The notes under the pieces were generated by a model, which saw only the letters and a program-made list of their open reading frames with translations, had not been told where the DNA came from and ran no database searches. DNA of 64,000 bases, taken from the NCBI GenBank assembly GCA_964270895.1, contig OZ185441.1. One strand, given 5' to 3'. The stretch comes from Podarcis filfolensis. Lineage: Eukaryota. The position numbers and the translations under genes are program-made. Position 1 is the stretch's first letter; the number at the start of each line of letters is the position of its first letter. Of this stretch, positions 38,973 through 49,338 are shown piece after piece.

Positions 38973-41560
38973 GGGGGGTCGAAGGTGGAGAGAGAGAGAG
39001 AGAGAAAGAAAGAAAAATAAGTGGGGCGCATGGATGGCACACAGACCCCATTGCGCCCTGCAGACTGGAGGAACGAGAATTTTGCCCTCTGAGTGTTCTT
39101 CTTCCCCCACCCCTGATGAATCTGACTTTGGGGGGGGAGTTGTGTGTATTTTTAAAAAAATATATAGATACGGAACTTGGCAAAAGGGATCAACCTTTTT
39201 CCCCCTTGTTCTTGGAGAAAAAGCGACCGCAGGAGTCCGATTTCTGGCTAAACAGATCCTCACACAGAAACACACACCCCTCTCCTCCCGCCCCCACGCT
39301 TCATCCTTCCAACAGCCGGAGAAGGAGTTCCACGTTTCAGAGACTATAGCGAGAATCAAGTGGCTAAAACAAGAATGGCAACGACTTGCGGGGGGGGGGG
39401 CGGAGGGAGGGAGGGCTGGAAGTCACGCACATCTCCTAAGGTTTGTTTCTTGTCCATGAGTTTTGAGAGGGGTGGGGAGCAGATTGTGCTTTGGAGATCT
39501 CTTTTGGGGGGCGGGCGAGGGTTTCCCGGGGGGTAGGGGGTGGGAAGTAATGTTTCAAACAAATCAGCAGGACTTGCAATTGACGGGGGTGGGGGTGGGG
39601 AAGAATCCTAGTTTGCGTTTTTTTGGGGGGAGGGAATGGGGGTGTCCTCTTTCGCCTCGAGAGCAGATGGGGTTAGAGAAAGAGGCCCTAGGAACTGGAC
39701 TTGGCACCCCGAGTGGGATGGAAAAGAGGGGAGACGTTAAAAAGGAACTGGAAGCTCTGCTAAGAAGATAATAATAAAGCTGAAAAGGATTTGCACGTAT
39801 AAAGGAGGTGGCAGCGATTTTCTTAAGTCACCTTATATTATATACAGAGAAGTCAGTATGTGTGGAATTTCAACAACGCTGAACTTTTGTTTAGAAAAAA
39901 GAAATGGAGACAGATATAGAACATACCAAGTTTCTGTAATGATGTGGTACAGGGGAAAATAGAGGGCAGTTGCTCTTTTTTTTTTTTGCGAAAATGTGTT
40001 TTCTTGCTCAGAATCGTGATGGTGTTGGATTATTTCACTGGTGGGGTTTAATATAGCATGTTATCCTATCTTTCTGAGGTTTCTGTAAGACTGTTGAACA
40101 GTTTAAAAGAATAGTGTTAGAATAATATAAGAAGCAGATAGATGGCGCTATGTTTGATTCCTACAAAATTATCACCAGCTTTTTTCATTCTTAACTCTTT
40201 AAAGGATTCAAACGCAACTCAAATCTGTGCTGGACTTAAAAAAAATGAAATTCAGGACCAAATTTTTCCTCAGTGTCTGTATGTGTGTGCGTGCGTGTGT
40301 GTTCTCCTTTATAGCTGTAAATGAAGTCTCTTTTCTTTTCACACCCATGATCCATCCTTGAAACATTATTATTTTTCCTTGTAAATGTAATTTGATGCCA
40401 TTTTATAAGTGAAGTATTTATACTGGCCAAACATTTTTTTTACCTGTATTACTTTGTCCTATTTTTTATTTTGGTAGTTTTGTTGTTACCCACACCATTT
40501 NNNNNNNNNNNNNNNNNNNNNNNNNNNNNNNNNNNNNNNNNNNNNNNNNNNNNNNNNNNNNNNNNNNNNNNNNNNNNNNNNNNNNNNNNNNNNNNNNNNN
40601 NNNNNNNNNNNNNNNNNNNNNNNNNNNNNNNNNNNNNNNNNNNNNNNNNNNNNNNNNNTGTTTTGGATTTCCTGATTATAACAGGGCTGCTGGTTAATCT
40701 CTCACACACAAAAAATCAGCCCCTACTTTCCTCATGTTTACACTCCAATCTGCAGGCTTCTTAAAGAGACAGCATCCCTTGCTATTCCACTCTACTTGTG
40801 AGTTGAGAGAGGGATTGTACTAATTCACTGTAGGGCTAACTTCTAACAAATAAATAAACAAACCCTCTCAAAGTAAATAGTATGTTGTACAGAAACAACT
40901 GGAGCATTTTCAAGAGAGAAAAAAGGGATCCTGTAGCTTTAACTTTTAAACCACATCTTTTGCACTTTTTTATAAGCAACAAAATAAAATAAAAAACCGT
41001 GCCGTTTAAAAATCACTGGATCTATCTAAATGCCGATTTGAGTTCGCGACACTATGTACTGCATTTTTTCATTCTCGTATTTTGACTATTTAATCCTTTC
41101 TACTTGTCGCTAAATATAATTGTTTTAGTCTCTTATGGCATGATGATAGCATATGTATTCAGGTTTATAGCTGTTGTGTTTAAGATGAGAAAAAAAAGTG
41201 AAAACATCTTTGTACATTTAAGTCTGTATTATAATAAGCAAAAAAAAAAAGAGTGTGTGTTTATGTATGTTAATATAACATGACAGGCGCTAGGACCATC
41301 TGCCTAACGAGGAGGTTGTTCCGTTAAGGGTTTTTCCTTTTCTTTCCCTTTTGTTTTTTGGTCATCCATCCTGTGCAATATGCTGTGTGGAATATCTTTG
41401 TCTAACAATCTGCCCATAACACAAAGGTGGGGGAGGGGTGGGGAGGAAGCTGGCTAACGATGCCAAGTTCACTGCCTGTCAGATTGTCAATATACTTTCT
41501 GTAAATAACCTTTTATCTTTTTTTTTCCAAAGGAAATAAAATCAGCTGGAACTGAACCCT
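38973..41560 (+). other. SOX4 3' UTR (inferred)
   Basis: TE-free; AU-rich distal half; multiple miRNA seed matches; AATAAA at 40853, 40983, 40988 and 41535. Confidence 0.7.
40501..40658. other. Assembly gap (158 N)
   Basis: Run of N characters within the SOX4 3' UTR. Confidence 1.
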
Positions 41561-41585
41561 AAAACCCTGCCGTCCTTGTTGTCAT
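41535..41585 (+). terminator. Distal SOX4 polyadenylation signal
   Basis: AATAAA at 41535-41540, then ATCAGCTGGAACTGAACCCTAAA and a downstream GU-rich stretch (GTCCTTGTTGTCATT). Confidence 0.7.
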
Positions 41586-42635
41586 TGCCAGAGCTCTTCT
41601 TTTGTGGTTTTCTTGTACTCTTTTTTTACATTGCCAGTGGAAAAAAATGTCTTAACCGTTAATGCTTCTGAAATGCAAAAAACTGTTAATGCAGAAGCTT
41701 GGCCCTTGTCTCCCAACATCCCCCCCCCACACCTGCCCCGCCCCCCTGGAAGGATTTGGCAAGCCAGATCTTCAAGCCCTTTGTGCTGCTTTGAATGTGT
41801 GCTGCCACAGCATGCTTTCTAGGAATTTGTATGCACTAAGCAAGTGCTGATAGCGTTGGGGTTTTTTCCCTGGAAGAGGAAGGGGGAGGGGAAGAGGTGC
41901 AGGGAGAAGAAGGAGCTGCTGCTCACAGTAACACAGAAAGCCACTGGAGATGAAAGGCAGGGGATAAGCTTTAAAGGCCCCATCCACCATTTGTCCTCAA
42001 CAGTCTGACCTTGCAGTGTGAAAATCCTGCCTCACCCTTTCAGTAGGCTTCTGGCTACAATTCTGCCCAGCACATTGCCTGCTGGTTCATCTGCAGTGAA
42101 GATGGGAGAAAGCAAGCCTGTTTGGGGTCACTGCGAATTCACAGAAGGGTTTCTTTTTTTAAAAAAATTTTTTACCAGCAAGGAACTTTTAGAATTCCAC
42201 TTATTAGAGCCAGAGCACTTAGATTCCATCTCTGGCATTCGAGAAAGTAGATTTAAATGTTTTTAGCTTGGTGCACTGCCAAATAAAACAAAACACAACC
42301 ACACACATGAATTACATTTGGTGGATCTTCCTTACCCTCCCCTCCCCTCCCCCTGTAATCTATTTGTGGAAAATGCAGGGAAAAGCAATTAGAACGCTAT
42401 AAGAGAGAGGGGAAAGTAACTTACGAAAGGACAGGGAAGTGCCAACCGAAACGTTTCCCCCCCTCTAACTTGGGCTGATCTTCAAGCATACTTCATTGGC
42501 TTCACTTTCTCTAATGGCCTTTTAGATAATCCTTTTAAAGCAGATATGAAATATTAGGTCAGTGGGTGAACTGTGAGTTCTGTAGCAGCTTTGAGGAAGA
42601 AGCTTAGAATTTGCATTGCAGATCAGGGTTAGGGG

Positions 42636-42662
42636 ACACACACACACACACACACACACACA
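42636..42662. repeat. (AC)n microsatellite
   Basis: Perfect dinucleotide run. Confidence 0.95.
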
Positions 42663-44276
42663 GCTATGATCTAAAGCTTAGCAGTTAATTGTGCAGTGAA
42701 TGAATTGTAGCTTACCACATCTTTTTTTTTTTTAAACCACCTGTTCAAGCTGCATTTCTAAGCACACTGGCTTGGAAACTGAATGCACTGAAAGCCATTG
42801 CACTTGACAAACCATTGTTGAGATTGGGGCTGTTTAAGAGCATTTCGAAACAAGTGGGGGGGGGGGTTGGGGTTTTTTATTATTTAAAAAGGTTGATCTT
42901 CGTAAGGGAGAGCGGGCACACTGGATTTTAGTTATCACTTCATAAGCTTTTATATTTTAGATGGTGGCAGTTCATTTGGGAAACACTGGAAGTCCAGAGG
43001 AAGGTATACTCTCACACACAGAAAGGAACAAACATACATGCAAGGAGCCCATGTTGAAAAATAACTGCAGCATTCTTGTAGCCTTAGGTTGCAATTATAA
43101 ATACTCTTGCTAGAGAGTAAGTCCCACTTAATTTAATGAAGCTTACTTCCAAGTAAACTAGGATTGAGTTGACGAATAATTACATGATGCATGAAAACAC
43201 AATAAATCCTTTCAAAGGGATCTTTCTAGAACGGGTTGGGAACCTCAGAACAATTTCCAAATGTGGCCTTCAGGTCACCCTCAAGGCTGCACATGGCACT
43301 CTAGGCATAAGTCATGCCTCTAGCACAGCCTATCCCAGTCTTTTTGCCATGCTCAAATGTGCCCTTGAATTGAGATAATACCTTTTGAGGTTGGAGTATG
43401 TGTAGAAACAAACCTTTTGGGTTTGGTGTGGCTGGAATGTAGCTTACTATACAAGGGCAAGAGTCAGAACAGTTGTTCCATCCACTGTTCCCATTGGTCT
43501 TACCCCCCCCCCTTTGCCCCAGTCACCACTGGCAAAGTTGCCTATGAAATATGTGTCCCTTGGGCAGAAAAGAGTTCCCCCTTTGTCTGGAGGGAAAGTG
43601 GACTGTGTGGTCCACCTGCAGACTACTGGCCTGTTTCTGGTGAGCCATCTAGCATAGTGGTTCTCAAATGCATACAGGGGGGCACTTGGAATTCTTTGGG
43701 GGTCTCATGTGGTTACTTAAATGTTTCTTTTCCCCAGGAAAGGAAAGCACATTTAGGACATGCCGTAATGCTGTGAATTAGCGTTTTGCTTTCACTAATG
43801 GACACAGATTTATATTTAGTAATTTGCTGTATGGAAGCAAACATCTCTTTCTTTCTACAGTCACTTCCACCCGTGAAACACTTAAAAGCACACAGCTGAC
43901 AAATGGTACCCAACAAAAGCAATATATGAAACTTGGCCGAATTGCATCTAATGAAAATCCATGATGCAGGCTAGCTGACAAAATGTGTCGGGTGAAAGCT
44001 ATGCATGCACGGCTGACAAAATGCAATAAAGTAAAACTATATGTAATACGGCAGGGTGGTGCCAATTTAAAAGGAGAAAAAAATACATTTCCCTTCTGGG
44101 TTAAATATGAAGGAAATTAAAGTAATGATGTTTCTCCAGCACTGGTGTAATGATCAAAACTAGTGCTGTGTTCTGGGGCCTAGGCCAGGACCTTATCAGC
44201 CCACCTGACAATCCGGCCATGATTAAACTGGCCTAGATCTCTGGCAGGAAAAATAAATGGCGTGCAGAGCCAAGTA

Positions 44277-44501
44277 CAGTGGTACCTCAGGTTAAGTACT
44301 TAATTGGTTCCGGAGGTCCGTACTTAACCTGAAACTGTTCTTAACCTGAAGCACCACTTTAGCTAATGGGACCTCCTGCTGCTGCCGTGCCGCCGGAGCA
44401 TGATTTCTGTTCTCATCCTGAAGCAAAGTTCTTAACCTGAAGCACTATTTCTGGGTTAGCGGAGGCTGTAACCTGAAGCATCTGTAACCGAGGTACCACT
44501 G
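44277..44501. mobile_element. Tc1/mariner (pogo/Tigger-like) MITE
   Basis: TIR CAGTGGTACCTC / GAGGTACCACTG; TA TSD; same orientation as the 16087 copy. Confidence 0.9.
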
Positions 44502-45539
44502 TACACATATTCTTGACACTGCTACAATCTTTCCTTGGGCCTCTTGAAAGCTCACGGGCTACAGTTTGAGAACCTCTGATATACCACCTACTAGATTCTG
44601 GAATTCTTGCAAAGAAAGTCAAGGAACTGGGAATGTGACCCAGGAAATCACTCTGTAAGTTATTCAGCGAGAATTTACACTCAAGAATCATTTAGCACAC
44701 ACCAGTTATTCCTTAAGTGCTGAGGTCCTTTGTACGCATGCTTTTCTTTGTAAATGTAAATGACATTTGGTAGATCACAACAATAATTTAATAATTTACT
44801 TTTTATATTTCTATACAAGGGTTCTAGCAAAAATAAAGTCAAATCTGGCAAGGCTGAATGCAATACTCCCAAAGGCTGGTATATTTCTTTCATTAAGCTC
44901 CATATAATAGCTACCAGGGTAGGTCCCATCTACAAAAAGTAATAGATAAATGATACAGTAACAGTTATTTTGTGCAGCTGTGTTCTGCATATTTTAAAAC
45001 TGGATTCCTGGTGCAATATAGATGGACTGACACTTGGGATACAAGACCTTGTGCTTATCAAATTCATGTTACTGTTAGAAGCCGAAGAAGAGCCAATTTA
45101 CAAGGACAGTATAATATGCCTTTATTAGGAGAAACCACATGCAGCATGTGAGCTTTTGACTTCCAGCAAAAATTTTTAGTCCCAACTGTTTAAACAAATT
45201 GAGAAGCAGGGAAATGTTTGAGTGAGGATCTGATTTCAATGATCTTCAACTTATTTCACTTGCTAGCTTTCCATGGCCTAGAAATTATTTTATATGGGGG
45301 AGTATTTATGCCCTCCCCTGCAAGCCTAATATCGAATGTAGCAGTACTGTTCAGATTGGTTACATAAGATCAGACCAAAGTCCTCTGGTTCTTACAGATT
45401 TCTAAGGGAATCCTGGAAGCAGTAGATGAGTGCAACAATCTACTGTGATCAGTTTGCCTTCCTGCTGTCTCAGCCACCTTCTGAGTTAGTGACATAGAAT
45501 GGTAGGGGCCACATCACAGACTTACATGCTTCTAAACAT

Positions 45540-47426
45540 ATGGGGTTCGAGAATGGTATAGGTGCAATATATTCTGAACAGAAAGCAAAATTAATTGTAA
45601 ATAACGTGGTAACAGAAGAGTTCAAGATTGAAAAAGGGACACGTCAGGGGTGCCCTATCTCCCCACTACTTTTTATATCGGTCCTGGAGGTTTTGCTTAA
45701 TATGATTAGGAGGGACCAGTTGGTTAAAGGGATTCAGGTCGGAGCTAAACAATACAAATTGAGAGCATTTGCAGATGACTTAGTACTTACATTGCAAGAG
45801 CCAGAAGCTAGCACGAAAAGAGTTTTGGAAATAATCCAAGAGTTTGGTCAATTGGCAGGATTCAAATTGAATAAGTTAAAGACAAAGGTATTAGAGAAAA
45901 ATTTAACACAGACCGAAAAAGAAAGGTTTCAGAATGAGACAGGGTTGACCGTGGTTAAAAAAGTGAAATATTTGGGTATAAACATGACAGCTAAGAATGT
46001 GAACCTATTTAAAGACAATTATGAAAAAACTTGGACAGAAGTGAAAAAAGATTTGGAGATTTGGTCAAACTTAAAGCTTTCCTTGTTAGGTCGAATCGCA
46101 GTTATAAAAATGAATGTATTGCCAAGAATGTTGTTTTTGTTTCAAGCATTGCAAATAATGGAAAAAATGGACTGTTTCAAGAAGTGGCAAAAAGATATAT
46201 CTAAATTTGTCTGGCAGGGCAAGAGGCCCAGAATTAAATTTAAGATATTAACGGACTCAAAGGAAAGAGGGGGGTTTGCCCTGCCAGACTTTAAACTCTA
46301 CTATGAAGCGGCAGCTTTCTGCTGGCTGAAAGAATGGCTACTTCTTGAAAACACAGACATTTTGGATTTGGAAGGTTTTAATAACATTTTTGGGTGGCAT
46401 GCATATTTGTGGTATGACAAGGTTAAAGCACACAAAAGTTTTAAAAACCATATTGTCAGAAAAGCACTATTAAATGTTTGGATTAGATATAAAGATCTGC
46501 TGGAAAATAAAACTCCAAGGTGGTTGTCGCCAATGGAAGCTAAGGCAGTTAAAAAGTTAAACATGGAGTCGAAGTGGCCAAGATACTGGGAAATTTTGGA
46601 AAAGGAAGGGGACAAATTGAGATTGCAGAGTTTTGAGAAATTAAAAGGGAAGGTGAGAGATTGGCTGCACTATCATCAAATAAATGAAGCGTTTAAATTG
46701 GACAGTAAAATTGGCTTCCAGGTGGAAAAATCAAAATTGGAGACAGAATTGTTAGAACCCAGTACTAAGAATTTGTCAAAAATGTACAACTTGCTGCTGA
46801 AATGGAATACACAAGACAAAACGGTTAAATCAGCTATGATTAAATGGGCTCAGGACATTGGTCATAATATTTTGTTTGCTGATTGGGAAAAGTTGTGGAC
46901 CACCGGGATGAAATTTACGGCATGTAATGCTCTAAGAGAAAACATTATGAAAATGATATATAGGTGGTACACAACCCCAGTCAAGCTTGCAAAGATTTAT
47001 CACTTGCCTGATAATAAATGTTGGAAATGTAAAGAAAAGGAGGGTACATTCTTTCACCTTTGGTGGACGTGCCCGAAGATTAAGGCATTCTGGGAAATGA
47101 TCTATAATGAACTTAAAAAGGTATTTAAATATACTTTCCCTAAGAAACCAGAGGCCTTTCTCTTGGGCATTGTCGGACAGGGGGTGTTAAAGATGGATAT
47201 AACCTTCTTTTTGTACGCTACAACAGCAGCTAGAATACTTATTGCGAAGTACTGGAAGACACAAGAACTACCCACACTGGAAGAATGGCAGACGAAGGTG
47301 ATAGACTACATGGGCCTGGCAGAAATGACGAGCAGAATCCGAAACCAGGGAAGAGAAGCAGCGCAAGAAGAATGGAAAAAGTTTAAGGACTATTTAAAGA
47401 AATATTATAAAATTAACGAAAGTTAG
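45540..47426 (+). CDS. L1 ORF2 remnant: RT domain to C-terminal Cys-rich domain, 628 aa, uninterrupted
   Basis: GTRQGCPISPLLF, AFADDLVL, KYLGINMT, GGFALPDFKLYY and CWKCKEKEGTFFHLWWTC zinc knuckle; lacks the endonuclease and the start of the RT. Confidence 0.9.
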   Translation: MGFENGIGAIYSEQKAKLIVNNVVTEEFKIEKGTRQGCPISPLLFISVLEVLLNMIRRDQLVKGIQVGAKQYKLRAFADDLVLTLQEPEASTKRVLEIIQEFGQLAGFKLNKLKTKVLEKNLTQTEKERFQNETGLTVVKKVKYLGINMTAKNVNLFKDNYEKTWTEVKKDLEIWSNLKLSLLGRIAVIKMNVLPRMLFLFQALQIMEKMDCFKKWQKDISKFVWQGKRPRIKFKILTDSKERGGFALPDFKLYYEAAAFCWLKEWLLLENTDILDLEGFNNIFGWHAYLWYDKVKAHKSFKNHIVRKALLNVWIRYKDLLENKTPRWLSPMEAKAVKKLNMESKWPRYWEILEKEGDKLRLQSFEKLKGKVRDWLHYHQINEAFKLDSKIGFQVEKSKLETELLEPSTKNLSKMYNLLLKWNTQDKTVKSAMIKWAQDIGHNILFADWEKLWTTGMKFTACNALRENIMKMIYRWYTTPVKLAKIYHLPDNKCWKCKEKEGTFFHLWWTCPKIKAFWEMIYNELKKVFKYTFPKKPEAFLLGIVGQGVLKMDITFFLYATTAARILIAKYWKTQELPTLEEWQTKVIDYMGLAEMTSRIRNQGREAAQEEWKKFKDYLKKYYKINES

Positions 47427-47727
47427 AATGATGTTGGACTGGAAAGTAAACGGTTACTATTAGCAAGGGTTAAGACAAGGAGAATAAGGAAGATTAGATT
47501 AAATTTAAATTAAAATAAGGGAAGATTTGCTGAGTAATTGATAAGAATTTGGAATACAGAAAAGGGAGGCATGAGGAAGTCGGGGAAGAAAGGTATAAGA
47601 AATTAAGATATGAAATGGTACATGTTTTTTTTTTGTTTTTTTTTCGTTTTTGTCTGTTTATGTATTTGTTATATGTCTGTTATTGTTATAAAAACCTTGA
47701 ATAAAAAATTATTAAAATAAAATAAAA
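45540..47727 (+). mobile_element. 5'-truncated L1-clade LINE (partial ORF2, 3' UTR, A-rich tail)
   Basis: TSD TACATGCTTCTAAACATATGG at 45523-45543 and 47728-47748 (last bases may be microhomology); AATAAA at 47700 and (TAAAA)n tail. Confidence 0.92.
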
Positions 47728-47748
47728 TACATGCTTCTAAACATATGG

Positions 47749-48116
47749 ACGCGGGTGGCGCTGTGGGTAAAAACCTCAGTGCCTAGGACTTGCCAATCGT
47801 ATGGTCGGCGGTTCGACTCCCCGCGGCGGGGTGAGCTCCCGTCTTTCGGTCCCAGCTCCTGCCCACCTAGCAGTTCGAAAGCACCCCTAAGTGCAAGTAG
47901 ATAAATAGGTACCGCTTTATAGCGGGAAGGTAAACGGCGTTTCCGTGTGCTGCGCTGGTGCTGGCTCGCCACAGCAGCTTCGTCACGCTGGCCACGTGAC
48001 CCGGAAGTGTCTGCGGACAGCGCTGGCTCCCGGCCTCTTAAGTGAGATGAGTGCACAACCCTAGAGTCGGACACGACTGGCCCGTACGGGCAGGGGTAGC
48101 TTTACCTTTACCTTTT
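47749..48116 (+). mobile_element. Sauria SINE abutting the L1 3' TSD
   Basis: Head (GG)ACGCGGGTGGCGCTGTGGGT, tail CCCGTACGGGCAGGGGTAGCTTTACCTTTACCTTT; TAAACATATGG duplicated at 47738-47748 and 48117-48127. Confidence 0.92.
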
Positions 48117-48981
48117 TAAACATATGGAGGTAGGAAGGAAGAGAGGAGCAATTGGTCTCCTGACAGGAAGGAAGTGAAGGCTGCATACTGGACCTTTATG
48201 TTGTATATTAAAACTTGCAAAGGGGCCCAGATACCCCTCACTGGCCCAACCTAGCTGCATTACTATTGACTTCTTGTAGTGCTCCTGGATGCTTTTTGGA
48301 GGTGAGCAACTTTTCGGTGAATGGAAGCCAAATTTGGCTCCCATCAGTGGTGGCTGTCTGCCATTTAAAGATGCTCCAATGTATTGCCATGGCTCATAAA
48401 GCTATAGACATAACGGCTGGATTCACACAAGCCTCATTCTACAGAACATGCTTAGAAATCTTTGCTGGGAGGTTTAAAAGTGCATTCAACTAAATACGCT
48501 TAGAAATCTTATGCAGACCTTCATGCTAAACACCCAAAGTCTATAAAGAAGCCTACATGATGAGGGATGTTAGGAACAGGACCTAGAACAACCCTGTCCT
48601 GCCACCATTTTGAGCTCGTGTGAGTACAGACAGGGCCTGAATGGGACTGTATTGAACCTGCCTTCTGGTATTTTTAGACCCCTTTTCTCTTCCAATGTGG
48701 AAATGAGAGCTGTTAATAGAAAACAGGGAGGGGAAATAGGATTTTAACTTAGGTATAACTGGGCAGCAGCATATTTACAACTCCTTGAAACAAGAATAAC
48801 TAAATTAGTTCCTGCCTTTGGCATTCAGTTTGAAGCTGGAAGTTCCCTCTTCAAACAATGAGATTGTTATTGAGGGGGAAATCTAGAGAGATCACCCATG
48901 TGGTGTAATTAATAAAAAACTTTGCTAAATCCCTACATCCAAAGCATGGAACTAAACACATGCTCCAGTAAGAAAGCCTTA

Positions 48982-49338
48982 AAGGTAAAGGTAAAGGGAC
49001 CCCTGACCATTAGGTCCAGTCGTGACCGACTCTGGGGTTGCGGTGCTCATCTCGCTTTACTGGCCGAGGGAGCCGGCGTACAGCTTCCGGGTCATGTGGC
49101 CAGCATGACTAAGCCGCTTCTGGCGAACCAGAGCAGCGCACAGAAACACAGTTTACCTTCCTGCCTGGAGCGGTACCTATTTATCTACTTGCACTTTGAC
49201 ATGCTTTCAAACTGCTAGGTTGGCAGGAGCAGGGACCGAGCAACGGGAGCTCACCCTGTCACAGGGATTCGAACTGCCGACCTTCTGATCGGCAAGTCCT
49301 AGGCTCTGTGGTTTAACCCACAGCGTGCCCCGCGCCCC
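48982..49338 (-). mobile_element. Sauria SINE, full length
   Basis: 13-bp TSD TAAGAAAGCCTTA at 48969-48981 and 49339-49351. Confidence 0.92.

Noticed and set aside
38163-39359. 398-aa antisense ORF over SOX4, and other overlapping ORFs at 37380-38631
   Set aside because: Shadow ORFs expected from very GC-rich coding DNA; low complexity and no recognisable domain.
40449-40764. ORFs spanning the N run
   Set aside because: Artefacts of translating through the assembly gap.
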